Notes: generated from the letters alone by a model not told the origin. A stretch of DNA of 64,000 nt from Candidatus Eiseniibacteriota bacterium (GCA_963703225.1 OY969801.1:640001-704000), one strand, 5' to 3'; counted from the stretch's first letter, positions 31,201 to 41,038 are shown. A program made the numbers and translations.

Positions 31201-31960
31201 CGGCTCCTGCCCGGATCCGAATCGGTTCGACGCGCTCACGACGGTCGGGTCGCCGGACGCTGTGGCGGCTGTCTTCTATCCGAACTCGCAGGTCGCCGGC
31301 GTGGCGCGGATGAGCGAGCGCGATGGGGTTGCCGACAAGGACCGGAACAAGGCCCTGGCGTACGGCTTCTCGATCCAATTCATCCGCAACCCGGCCTATG
31401 GTCCGACCAACGCCAATTACGCCCACTCGGGCGTCGAGAACCGGATGCGGGTGCTCTACAAATTCCTCACGAGCTGCCGCGGCGCGAGAACCGGTGCCTC
31501 GGCCGACACAGGGAAGTGCTGGCCCTGTCCAAGCCCCGGCACGACCCTCGCCCTGATGGCGGCCGAGTGGGCGACCCAGTCGGCCGGGTTCGACACCGGC
31601 GTGTGGGGACCGCTCTACCCGATCCAGGCCGGGGCGCTCGCGACCGCCGTGGAGGAGCCGACTCCGCCTCCCGTGGGCTACACCAACGCCCTGCTCCAAA
31701 ATCGGCCCAACCCCTTCAACCCGGAAACGACGATTCCGTACAGCCTCGCGACGTCGGGCCGGGTCGCAATCCGGGTCTTCAACATCGCGGGGCGGAGCGT
31801 TCGAACGCTGGTGGACCGAACGGAGCCCGCCGGGAATCACGTCGTGCACTGGAACGGAAAGAACGACGGCGGGATGCGGGTGGCGAGCGGAGTCTACTTC
31901 TACCGGATTACGTACCCGAATGGGGAAGTGTCGGCGAAGAAGCTGATGATCGTGCGTTGA
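28226..31960 (+). CDS. large secreted protein (1244 aa) with FlgD-Ig/T9SS-like C-terminal domain
   Basis: Signal peptide; SLWCG...GYPNN...EQNYD jelly-roll-like motif; LLQNRPNPFNPETTIPY...ASGVYFYRI tail. Confidence 0.85.
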   Translation: MRYRERSLVVLLLLALLVIPSSTQARPPTTNGGYPDGLPKQYRGQLWWAGTLTRQTSVTTTWYLYPGACVQRALGTWSAKSSPVADSLQPTGGFANSSGYTDNQPDIAGNNNTIAYTRDDGSLSGRLWHVVNVGVPASQRPAIINGSNSLWCGKFDPSWVVKVGYPNNTFQILYIDTGAHGGTYHLTFTGRLGCEQNYDYNAIIGGGGLGQTDHADPLQNRRDLMRDVLPPFGNATAGPYGDSDNIVTFTGNIQSAQARTQNHTGLLSNSIVVGAASGFPTAQAYDITIDSDHRALYFVFTSDDRFSPEDGRWPESNGQIIDDLATSDNGSIYTDQAEVGTSDPFGGIVIVGTYGTAGYVAGRVPAGIGGLWQLAPGNENVTADPCSPQKALSTDLFFEGGDPSTNLAINGQFNSIVGCAFPVPTGIASIRLQWGEYLDLPQYAGYAQYAEYRFYKGGDWSRWTNASAGGGVSSGANQAWGTKSYELPQAVQADSVQVRLNLKCIPVFAADQSNCSTSQANPLLYDDLRLEVTTGVPGPYFGILFNSLAQTTFVDGVIGSTVPGAPANCGSKVNQCWPGNRGSGLGNPADHNIAVNDNWNSPLGDSITLAIVSGLARNGMGVNWKDGKDGTVDNGENYQARHNGSFNAAFDSPRMIYRLFDPATKAWSAFDSCQIYPNVSISGPDTVIIDSEYSINWPPADKVLAGASLPGGFTINGVGAYSLLAFLPRGTRMQYYFKGVDINGGVAYIFSSDALAREVEDLPALPGSSIKAPDIIEWRVLPSVYPPGPGGSLLAGRTNTPILDLDGAYTAWAFGYDPVTQALRGLGVRADRYRYLQGYGTASNIGGHELPGTRATYLSNFFPNYTEYPIADSLAVWYRIMIQSNHVRTVSPFEEQDAILAQQWWARDTGSNQGDRCFFVSGDDVMNALLNTTGVPITNQVSLAQDVFGVSSGTNAWSGTLSSPIPTIDDRFAAAGAGPALAAPNTFTYPVDGSCPDPNRFDALTTVGSPDAVAAVFYPNSQVAGVARMSERDGVADKDRNKALAYGFSIQFIRNPAYGPTNANYAHSGVENRMRVLYKFLTSCRGARTGASADTGKCWPCPSPGTTLALMAAEWATQSAGFDTGVWGPLYPIQAGALATAVEEPTPPPVGYTNALLQNRPNPFNPETTIPYSLATSGRVAIRVFNIAGRSVRTLVDRTEPAGNHVVHWNGKNDGGMRVASGVYFYRITYPNGEVSAKKLMIVR

Positions 31961-32006
31961 TCGGGGGCCCGCGATCAACGCGCCCGCCGCGGCGGGAGTC
32001 CGGGGT

Positions 32007-33847
32007 CTACCGCAGCAGCGTCATCTTGATGCGGTCTTGCGTGCCGGACGCGTTGGAAGCCTGCGCGTAGTAAATCCCCGACGGGACGTCGTGCGAGCGC
32101 CCGTCCTTCCCGTCCCACGCGACCGCGTGGGAGCCCTGTGGGTACCACTGCTTGGCGAGGACTCGAACCATCTGTCCCCGCACGTTGAAAATCCGGACGG
32201 TCACCACACCTTCGCTCCCGGTCGTGAAGCGGATCGTGGTCTCGGGATTGAAGGGGTTGGGGGCGTTTTGCTGGAGGGCCACCGCCTGTGTCGCAATGGC
32301 CTCCTCGGGGATCACCTTGATGTAGGCGATGCCCCGGAACGTCCGGCCGACACCGTTCGAATACGCTTCCACCGGGACCGGGACGTGGTCGCCGTAGATG
32401 CCCCGCGCGCGGATGAGGTCCTCGAACTCGGCGCGATCCCACGAAACGTCGATCAGGCGGGTGCCCGCCTGGACGCGGTCGGTGAAAACGGGGATGACGC
32501 CCCCCGATTCCTCGGTGGTGAGGGGCAGAAGCCCTTCCATCGTCGGGCTCGGAACCAGGGTGGCGCGCATTCTCACGCCTTCGCGCGGTCCGTCCGTGGA
32601 GGAGCACTGATAGCCCGCGGCGTTCGTCTCGGGCGGGAAGCTCAAGGTCGTGGTGACCGTCTCTTCCGGGCCGCCGAGCCGGAACGGATCGGGCTTGAGC
32701 TTCACCCCCATCTTGAGGGGCAGGAGACAATTGAAGATCATCTCGGCCCGCCATGTGTTGGGGCCCTGATATGCCGGGGCGCCGGCCATGGAGGTGAAGA
32801 GGAAGTAATTGAATTCAATTCCGTCCGGGGTCCGTTGCATGTGGCGCGATACGTCCGGCTCGGAGTCATCCATTCGGTCAATCGAGATCGCGCACTTGGC
32901 CCCGGACCCCAAGATCGAGCTTCCAAATGTCTGGAAGCTGGAGGGAGTTCTCGTTCTTGGGGGCATGGTAGTAGATCGACCGGCCGTCGCTCGACCAAGA
33001 CGGACTGGCATGGTAGACGCCGGCGCGGGCTGAGCTCGGCCAACGCCCAGCGATGGGGCGAGGGGGTGCTGATATCGACGATGGCAATGACGTCGGGGCC
33101 GAGGTAGTTCGTCTGATACGCGATTCGATTCCCGTCGGGGCCCCAGGCGGGAAATTGCTCCGCTTGCGCGTCGTCGAACGTCCGTCGGACGGGGTCTCCG
33201 ACCGCTGGGAATACGGACACGGTATAGATGTCGAAGGAGAAGCCGGAGCGCGTCGAATCAAACGTCAGCGAATTCCCGTCGGGGCTCCAATCGGGGTGGC
33301 GCTCCGAGCCCGCTCTGCTGGGGACCACGAGGATGGGGTCGCCCACGGGCGTCACCGCCTCGAAAATGTCGTCCGAGATCTCGAATTCCTGAACGTAGAT
33401 CGCGAAGGAGGTTCCGATGCCGTCGGTCTGGACGTACGCGAGAAATCGCCCGTCGGGGCTCCACGCCGGGTCGAGATACGAGATGTGCGCGGTGGGATCG
33501 CGCAGGAGCGGCTGCCGGGCCTCCTCGAAGTCGCCGAGCACGCTGCCCGCGCGGGAAATGTTCCGATGGAGCCAGATTTCGCGCGCCCCCTCGCGGCCGA
33601 CGACCGCGCTTCTCGTCGAAAACGAGAAATAGAGCTCGATGCCGTCTTCCTCCGGGACCGGGCGGAATGCGGGCTGCTGATATCGGTTCCAGACGTTGCT
33701 GTCGACGGTGATTGGATCGAACGCGCCGCGAAATCCGGCGCGGGCGCTCGCGTCTGGGAGCGCGATGGCGGTGAGAACGGCAAGGACAGCGAACGCGGGC
33801 GCGGTTCTGATGGCGACTCCCCCCGAGCGAAGGGCGCATGATACCAC
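32007..33847 (-). CDS. secreted TolB-like (PD40 repeat) protein with FlgD-Ig C-terminal domain, frameshifts near 33030 and 32905
   Basis: PAWSPDG, PDWSPDG, PAWGPDG, PSWSSDG repeats; QNAPNPFNPETTIRF...PSGIYY tail. Confidence 0.85.
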
Positions 33848-33966
33848 ACGCCCGGCCAGAATTCAACCGATTGCGCGTGGGATTGCAGACTCAAATGGAG
33901 TATAGTGATAAGCTGAGATGGTATTCGCTTTCGCGGGATTACACACCCTTCTGAGGTCGAAGCACA

Positions 33967-36900
33967 ATGGCCGCGGACCCCGCCCAGATCTCCCATTATA
34001 AGATCGAGTCCACGCTCGGCCAGGGCGGGATGGGCGTGGTCTATCTGGCCGAGGACCAGATTCTTCGCCGCCGGGTCGCTCTCAAATTCCTCAACCCGGA
34101 GCTCTCCCGCGACGCCGAGGCGCGAAAGCGCTTCCTCAACGAAGGCCGCGCCGCCGCGACCCTGGGACATCCCAACGCCGCCACGCTCTACGAGGTTGGC
34201 ACCGACGGGGACGACCTCTTCCTGGCGATGGAATACGTCCCCGGGGTCACGCTCTCGGAGCTCCTCGCGAACGGGCCTTTGCCGTGGGTCGAAGTGCTCG
34301 ACGCCGCCCTGGAAATTCTCGCAGCCCTTCGCGAGGCCCACGAGAAGGGGATCATCCATCGCGACATCAAGAGCCAGAACGTACGCCGCACTCCCGACGG
34401 CCGGATCAAGGTGCTCGACTTTGGGCTCGCGAAGATCCTGGGCGGGAGCACGATCACCCGCGAAGGCACGATCGTCGGCACCGTCTCCTACATGTCGCCG
34501 CAACAGGTGGTTGGCGAGGAGGTCGACGGCAAGAGCGACCTCTACTCCTTGGGCGTCGTCATGTACGAATTGCTGTCGGGGCGGCTCCCGTTCACCGGTG
34601 ACCAGCATGTCGCCGTGGCCCACGCCATCCTCCACGAGGATCCCATCACCATCCGGGAGCTGGCGCCGGAAGTTCCCGCCGAGCTGGAGCACATCGTCTT
34701 CAAGGCGATGATGAAGAGCCCGGCCTCGCGCTACCAAAGCGCCGAAGAGATGGCCGAGGATCTCATGCGGTTTCGCGAGCACGACCGTCGGCGCCGCGCG
34801 GGGATCCACGAAGAGATCGACCTGATCGCCACGCAGGATGTCTACACCGTCCGCCGGGAGCGCTTCTTGGCCCCGCTCGTCGGCCGAGACCCGATGATCG
34901 ACCGGATTCGGGGTCGTCTGCGCGAGGCCCGCTCGGGAGAGGGGATGGCGCTCTGCATCGCGGGAGAGGCCGGCGTCGGGAAGACGCGCCTGCTCCAAGA
35001 GGTGCACCAATCCTGTCGCAAGGAGGGGGCGCGGGTCATCCTCTCGGCGTGCCTCTTCGGGGGGAGCACCAGCTCCTACTACCCGTTCGCCGAGGCATTC
35101 CGTCATTACTTTTCGCTGCGCGGCGTTTCGACCGCGGCCGCCCTGCAGACATTTCTCTTCGACCGCGCCCCGCGACTGGGCGGATCGCTCCCCGTGCTGA
35201 ACCGGTTCCTCCGGTTCACCTTCGCCTCCAACGGACCCACCAGCGAAGAAGAGCTTTGGGAAGTGCTCGACCAGCTGGTCGCGTTCATCGCGGACGAGCG
35301 GCCGCTGGTCCTGGTGATCGAGGATCTGCAATGGGCCGACGAGGCATCGCTCCGACTCTTCCACTACCTCGCCCGCCGGGTCACCCGGCGCCGGCTTCTC
35401 CTCATCGGGACGTACCGCCAAGAGGAGGTCACGGGCGAGGCCGGGGGGAGGCCGCACCCGCTTCCGGGTCTCCTCCAGCTTCTGAGCCGGGAGGAGCGCT
35501 TTGAACGGATGGAACTCCCGCGGCTCAGGCGGGAGGACGTGAAGGAGATCCTCTCCCGACTCTATCCCGCGCACACCTGGGGGGACGATTTCCCGGCGCT
35601 CCTCTTTCGCGAGTCCGAGGGAAATCCCTTCTTCATGGTCGAGATCTTGAAGTTGCTGACCAGCGAGCGGGTCTTGGAAAACCGCGACGGAAAATGGTCC
35701 CTCCTCACGACGGTGGACAGGATCTCGATCCCAGAGAAGGTCTTCGACGTGGTGATGCGGAGACTGGGCCGTCTCGGGCCGCGCGAGCGGGAGATCTTGG
35801 AGTTGGGGGCGGTCGAGGGGGACGTGTTCCACTCGGGCACCATCCTGCGCGGACTCCGAATCGAGCGGATGGCACTCCTAAAGACACTCCAGTTCCTGGA
35901 GCAGGTCCACCATCTGATTCACGCCGCGGGACCCCACTACCACTTCGACCATTCCAAAATCCGCGAAATCCTCTACGAAAGCATCCCTCCGGAGCTGCGG
36001 ATCGAGTACCACACCGTCGTGGGTCAGTTCCTCCGTGAGAGCTTCGGTGAGGCGGAGGAGTTCGCGGGCATCATCGCGCACAATCTCCTCGCGGCGGGGC
36101 TACGGGAGGACGCGATCCCCTACCTCTCGCGCGCCGCCGGCGCGGCTTCCCGGCTTTTCGCTCACAGCGACGCGATCCACTACCTGGAGCAGGCGGAGCA
36201 GATGCTCCACGCGCTCTATCCGCAGCGGCCTCCCGTCGAGCAGGTCCGGAGGCTCGCCGAGATCCGCGAGCGCCGCGGCGACGAGGAGTACGCGAGCGGG
36301 CACTACCGCGAGGCCCTCGCGAGCTACGAGATGGCGCTTCAGCTCGACCGCGCGACGGGTCAGGCCCGACGCGAAGCCGAGCTGACGCGCGCGGTGGGCC
36401 GCGTCCAGTACCTGCTCGGCCGATCGGTGGAGTCCCGGGAGTCCTATGACAAGGCGATCACCCACTACACCCAGGTCGAGGCGGACGAGCGCGCCCGGGG
36501 TGACTCCGAGGCTCTCGCGACCGCCTGCAGGGAATTGGGGAAACTCCACTTCTTCCGCGGCGATCTCGAGCGGTCCAAGCAGTACATCGATGACGCGATC
36601 CAGATCGCCGGGCGCGTGGGAGCGGCCCGCATCAAGGCGGCGTCGCTCAACAACCTCGCCGGTATCCACTACGAGCGGGGCGACCTCGAGGAGGCGCTCG
36701 CCTGTCACCGCGCCGCGCTGACCATCCGTCAGGAGGCGCGCGAACCCGAGGAACTCGCCCAGACCTACAAGAATCTGGGCATCACACACTGGAGGCTGGG
36801 GGAGCTGACCGAAGCGTCCTCCTACCTCGAGGAGGCCCTGGGGCTCTTCCGGAAGACCGGCGACCGCCGGGGCGAGGCGGTGACGCTCCGCCAGCTGGGC

Positions 36901-37902
36901 AACGTCCACCACGGCCGGGGCGACCACAACGGGGCGCAACGCCACTGGGAGGCATCGCTCTCCCTCTGCCGCGAGCTGGGGAACAACGAGGATCTCTGCC
37001 GGTGTCTCAACAATCTGGGCTCTCTCCACTTCGAACGCGGGCATTACGCGAGCGCGCACCGCCACTATCAGGACGCGCTGGAGGTCTCGGCGTCGATCGG
37101 CTCGAAGCAGCACCTCACGGTGCTCCACATCAATCTGGCCGAGCTTCATTTGAGCCTCGACCAGTTGAATCGCGCGGAGGATGACCTGGCTCGGGCCCGC
37201 GAGCTGGCGGAGAGCCTGGAGGCTACGGCGAACATCTCCTTGATCCACGCCATCCGCGCGGAGCTCCTGGCCGAGCGGGGCGACGTCGCCGCGGCCCGTA
37301 TCGAGGCCGACCGAGCGTTGAGCCTCGCCGAGCCGACCGGGCACGCCGAGAATCTCGTGCGGGCGCTCCTGGCCGGCGCGCTGGTCTCGTATGCGTCGGG
37401 GGAGTTCGGTCCCGCGAGGCAGCTCGCGAGACAGGCCCGGGACGTTGCGCGCTGGTCGCGGATGCTCTTCTATGAGCTGCTCGCGGGGTTCAGCACCGCC
37501 CGCGCGACCTGGCGGGAAGGAGATCTGGAGGGCGCGGCCCGCGAGCTCCGCGATATTTTGCCCCGCGCGGAAGACGGTGGATTCCGGCCGCTGGCCGCGC
37601 GAATCCATGGGCTGCTCGGCGAGATCCTCTGGGGCGCGGGCGATCTGGGCGGGGCCGCGGGCGAGTTCGCGCATGCCGCCGATCAAATGAAGGAGATCAT
37701 CGCCACCTTGAACGAGGAGGACCGCCGCTCCTTTGTCCACCATCCGGAGTGGAAGGCCGCGATCGGGAACCTCCTCGATACGCTGATGCGGCTGGGGCGG
37801 AGGGAGGAGGCGCTCGCCTATCTCATCCCCCTCGGCGTGGGAACGTGCGACGTGGACTCGGGACGAACGCGTGCGGTCGTCCCGACGGAGGCGGCGCTTT
37901 GA
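33967..37902 (+). CDS. Ser/Thr protein kinase - AAA_16-type STAND ATPase - TPR protein (1311 aa)
   Basis: GQGGMGVVY, HRDIKSQN, DFG, YMSP; GEAGVGKT, IEDLQWAD, GNPFF; many TPRs (SLNNLA, TYKNLG, CLNNLG). Confidence 0.95.
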   Translation: MAADPAQISHYKIESTLGQGGMGVVYLAEDQILRRRVALKFLNPELSRDAEARKRFLNEGRAAATLGHPNAATLYEVGTDGDDLFLAMEYVPGVTLSELLANGPLPWVEVLDAALEILAALREAHEKGIIHRDIKSQNVRRTPDGRIKVLDFGLAKILGGSTITREGTIVGTVSYMSPQQVVGEEVDGKSDLYSLGVVMYELLSGRLPFTGDQHVAVAHAILHEDPITIRELAPEVPAELEHIVFKAMMKSPASRYQSAEEMAEDLMRFREHDRRRRAGIHEEIDLIATQDVYTVRRERFLAPLVGRDPMIDRIRGRLREARSGEGMALCIAGEAGVGKTRLLQEVHQSCRKEGARVILSACLFGGSTSSYYPFAEAFRHYFSLRGVSTAAALQTFLFDRAPRLGGSLPVLNRFLRFTFASNGPTSEEELWEVLDQLVAFIADERPLVLVIEDLQWADEASLRLFHYLARRVTRRRLLLIGTYRQEEVTGEAGGRPHPLPGLLQLLSREERFERMELPRLRREDVKEILSRLYPAHTWGDDFPALLFRESEGNPFFMVEILKLLTSERVLENRDGKWSLLTTVDRISIPEKVFDVVMRRLGRLGPREREILELGAVEGDVFHSGTILRGLRIERMALLKTLQFLEQVHHLIHAAGPHYHFDHSKIREILYESIPPELRIEYHTVVGQFLRESFGEAEEFAGIIAHNLLAAGLREDAIPYLSRAAGAASRLFAHSDAIHYLEQAEQMLHALYPQRPPVEQVRRLAEIRERRGDEEYASGHYREALASYEMALQLDRATGQARREAELTRAVGRVQYLLGRSVESRESYDKAITHYTQVEADERARGDSEALATACRELGKLHFFRGDLERSKQYIDDAIQIAGRVGAARIKAASLNNLAGIHYERGDLEEALACHRAALTIRQEAREPEELAQTYKNLGITHWRLGELTEASSYLEEALGLFRKTGDRRGEAVTLRQLGNVHHGRGDHNGAQRHWEASLSLCRELGNNEDLCRCLNNLGSLHFERGHYASAHRHYQDALEVSASIGSKQHLTVLHINLAELHLSLDQLNRAEDDLARARELAESLEATANISLIHAIRAELLAERGDVAAARIEADRALSLAEPTGHAENLVRALLAGALVSYASGEFGPARQLARQARDVARWSRMLFYELLAGFSTARATWREGDLEGAARELRDILPRAEDGGFRPLAARIHGLLGEILWGAGDLGGAAGEFAHAADQMKEIIATLNEEDRRSFVHHPEWKAAIGNLLDTLMRLGRREEALAYLIPLGVGTCDVDSGRTRAVVPTEAAL

Positions 37903-38987
37903 GCGCGCGCGGAGCCGCGTCGCGCTGCCGGGGACTGGTCCGTCTCGGGATGTCGCTGCCCCTCGCGGTCTCCATCGCGGTCTTCGGCTGCTCGGGCCGT
38001 CCGCCCGATCCGGCCTCTCAGACCGACGCCGCCACGCTTCGAAGCTCCTCCCCGCGCGTCAAGGTCGCGCCCGCACGCCCCACATCGGACGCCGCGGCTT
38101 CCTTCGCCACCTACCTCGAGGCGGAGCGGGAGGCTGAGCTGGTCGCGGAGACCGACGGTGAAGTGTTCTCGCTCCGGGTGCGAGAGGGCACGCACGTCTC
38201 GGCGGGGGATACGCTTCTCATTATCGACGACCGGGACGAGCGGCTGGCGCTCCAGCGGGACGAGGCCGAACAAGCGTGGGCCGCCTCGCAGCTCTCGCGG
38301 GCGGAGGCCCTGGTGGCGCAAGCTCACGTGAGCGCGACCGAGGTCGATCAGGCCCGGCTCCAGGTGGGGCGTGCTGAGGCCGCCGTCGGGCTCTCCCGGG
38401 TCGCGCTTTCGCGCTGCGCCGTCCGCGCCCCGATCGACGGGCTCGTCTGGATGATCCGGGTGGAGCCGCTCCATCGCGTGGTGGTGGGGCAGGCGCTCCT
38501 CCGCGTCACCGATCCCGACCGTCTGCGGGCGTCGGCCTACCTTCCGGCCGAGTTCCGCGGAACGGTGGGCGTCGGTACTCCCGTGCGGATCGAGCCGGCC
38601 CGCGGCGGCGCTCCCATTCACGCCGTCGTGAGCCGTGTCGATCCGTTGACCGATCCGGCGAGCGGGACCTTCAAGGTGGTGGCGACGTTTCGGCGCGGAT
38701 CGACCCGGTTCGAGGCCGGCACCGAGGCGCGCTTCGTTCTGCCCGCGCGCCAAGGCGACGGGGGCTACCTGGTCCCCAACGCGACCATCGTCCAGGCGGT
38801 GGGGGAGTCCACCTGGGTCTGGCGCTGCGACGCGGACCACGTCTACCGGTGCGCGGTGAGGCTCGGCGCGATCCGCCAGGACGGCATCCTCATCGAATCG
38901 GGGCTGCCCAACGGGTGCAACGTCGTCGTCGGCACCGATCGGGCGCTCCGCGACGGCTCCGTCGTGGAGGTCGTTGATTCCCGGTGA
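37899..38987 (+). CDS. lipoprotein membrane-fusion/periplasmic adaptor protein (RND/HlyD MFP)
   Basis: Lipobox VFGC; GEVFSLRVREG and VRAPIDG lipoyl halves; DPASGTF; TTG start overlaps kinase stop. Confidence 0.9.
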   Translation: MSARGAASRCRGLVRLGMSLPLAVSIAVFGCSGRPPDPASQTDAATLRSSSPRVKVAPARPTSDAAASFATYLEAEREAELVAETDGEVFSLRVREGTHVSAGDTLLIIDDRDERLALQRDEAEQAWAASQLSRAEALVAQAHVSATEVDQARLQVGRAEAAVGLSRVALSRCAVRAPIDGLVWMIRVEPLHRVVVGQALLRVTDPDRLRASAYLPAEFRGTVGVGTPVRIEPARGGAPIHAVVSRVDPLTDPASGTFKVVATFRRGSTRFEAGTEARFVLPARQGDGGYLVPNATIVQAVGESTWVWRCDADHVYRCAVRLGAIRQDGILIESGLPNGCNVVVGTDRALRDGSVVEVVDSR

Positions 38988-41038
38988 ATCAAAATCCCAA
39001 GCTCCGTGAAGGGCTGGTCATCCGTAAGGTGGCCGAAGGCGACGACGTGGCCTATACGGTCTGCGACTCGGCGCGGGACAAGTACTACCGCATTGACCCC
39101 TATACGCATCTCGTGGCGACCCATCTCGACGGCAAGCGACCGCTGTCCGAGGTGTCCCGCCTCTGCCAGGAGGCGATGCCCCACAACGACCTGTCGCTTC
39201 CGGTGGTGGAGGAAGCCGTCCAGGACCTGGACGCGATCGGTCTCCTCGAGGATCCCTACTCCAAAAACCTCCTCCTGATCGAGCGGGCGCGAGCGCAGCG
39301 CCCCCGCATCGCCGAGTTCTTCCGGAACATGCTTCTGTGGCAGATCGGCGTCTATGACCCGAACGCGCTCCTCGACCGCACGGTCCACCGCGTGCGATGG
39401 CTCTTTCACCCCGGGCTCGCCGCGGCGGTGGCCCTCGGGCTCCTCTGGTGCCTCTGGCTTGTCTTCGTGAACCGAGATCGTGTGACCTTCAGCCCCAACG
39501 CTCTCCTCGGGGTTTCGGAGGGATCGAACGCGTTTCAAGGCATTCTCTTTCTGATTCTGATCCTCACGGTTGTCGGCGCCGTTCACGAATTTGGGCACGC
39601 CTATGCCTGCAAGCACTTCGGGGGCGAGGTGCATCGCATGGGAGTGATGCTGATGTACTTCGCGCCCTGCTTCTTTGTCGACGTCTCTCACTCGATGCTG
39701 TTCGAGAACCGCTGGCGTCGAATCTGGGTCGCCATGGCCGGGATCTACTTCGAATCCTACATCACGATCGTGGCCGCGTTTTTCTGGTGGATCACGCCGC
39801 CCGAGCTGGCCATCAACGACCTGTCGTACCGCGTGATGATGATGGGTTTGCTCATGGGCGTCGTGATGAACCTGAACCCGCTCCTCAAGCTCGATGGCTA
39901 CTTCGTCCTGAGCGACATACTCCAGATCGCCGACCTCCGCGAGAAATCGCTCCGCTATGTCCGCGACCTGGTCCAACGGCCGTTCCGACGCTCGGTGGAG
40001 GCCGCCGAGCGGGTCCTGGGCAAGCGCCGCCGGCGCGCGTACCTCATCTACGGCATGCTGACGCTGGCCTATTCCTATACGGTGATCGTCTGCTTCTTCG
40101 AATGGCTGAGGGTGACGCTCGTCGGCGCCTGGTCGGAGTTCGGATTTCTCATGTTCGCCGGCATGCTCGGGCTCTTCGTCCGAAAGCCGGTCGGGCGCGC
40201 CCTCGGCCAGGCGGCCAGGAGTGTCCGGAAGCCCACGCGCGCCATGCTTCCGTGGGCCGCCGCGGCCATCGCGCTGATCATCGCGGGCCAGCTCATTCGG
40301 ACGCCCGGCACCATCGACACCCACGCCCGGTACGTCAGCGCGGAGCGCGAGGCGATTCGGGCTGAGGAGCCGGGGCGGGTCGCGGCGGTTCTCGTCCGGC
40401 AAGGGGAGCGGATCCTCCCGGGGCGGGTGGTCGCGATTCTCGAGAACGACAGCCTGCTCGCCGCGTGGCAGGGGGCTCAGTCCCGGTCGGCCCGGAGCTC
40501 GATCGATCTCGCGCGCGCGATTCAGGTCTCCGACCCCGTGCTCTACCGGACCGCCGCGCTGGAGCGCGGCAGCTCGCTCGCGGGGGAGGCCGCGCTCCAG
40601 ACGACCCGCGCGCGGCTCGCGCTGGCGGCGCGCGACGGGGGCGTCGTGGTGACGCCGCGAACCGCCGACCTCGTCGGCGCCCGCCTCGAGGCGGGCGACA
40701 CCCTCCTCGTCGTGGCGCGCGACGGTCGCGCCGAGGTGGAGTGCGACCTGAAGGAGCGCGACCTGGGCGACATCGAGCCGGGGCAGCGCTTCACGCTCCG
40801 CCTGCGCGGGAATCCTGGTCGGCCCCTCGCCGGGAAAGTGGAGAGGGTGTTCGCGCTGCCGCCGGAGGCCCCCTCGGTCAAAACCCGGTTCAAGGTTTGG
40901 GGCAGCCTGGACCACGCCCCCCCGAACGTCCGGCTCGGGGAGAGCGGGACGGCCCGCATCGTGGTCGGCAACTGGAACCTCTACGAACGCGTCGGACGGG
41001 CGTGGTCCCGTTTCGTCCGCGCCGATTTCTGGATCTGA
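38984..41038 (+). CDS. PqqD/RRE-like domain + M50 (site-2) zinc metalloprotease + HlyD-type MFP fusion
   Basis: N-terminal ~90 aa (three strands then helices, LDGKRPLSEV...LDAIGLLE); HEFGH and NLNPLLKLDGY; EPGRVAAVLVRQGE and AARDGGV lipoyl halves; GTGA overlap. Confidence 0.9.
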   Translation: MNQNPKLREGLVIRKVAEGDDVAYTVCDSARDKYYRIDPYTHLVATHLDGKRPLSEVSRLCQEAMPHNDLSLPVVEEAVQDLDAIGLLEDPYSKNLLLIERARAQRPRIAEFFRNMLLWQIGVYDPNALLDRTVHRVRWLFHPGLAAAVALGLLWCLWLVFVNRDRVTFSPNALLGVSEGSNAFQGILFLILILTVVGAVHEFGHAYACKHFGGEVHRMGVMLMYFAPCFFVDVSHSMLFENRWRRIWVAMAGIYFESYITIVAAFFWWITPPELAINDLSYRVMMMGLLMGVVMNLNPLLKLDGYFVLSDILQIADLREKSLRYVRDLVQRPFRRSVEAAERVLGKRRRRAYLIYGMLTLAYSYTVIVCFFEWLRVTLVGAWSEFGFLMFAGMLGLFVRKPVGRALGQAARSVRKPTRAMLPWAAAAIALIIAGQLIRTPGTIDTHARYVSAEREAIRAEEPGRVAAVLVRQGERILPGRVVAILENDSLLAAWQGAQSRSARSSIDLARAIQVSDPVLYRTAALERGSSLAGEAALQTTRARLALAARDGGVVVTPRTADLVGARLEAGDTLLVVARDGRAEVECDLKERDLGDIEPGQRFTLRLRGNPGRPLAGKVERVFALPPEAPSVKTRFKVWGSLDHAPPNVRLGESGTARIVVGNWNLYERVGRAWSRFVRADFWI

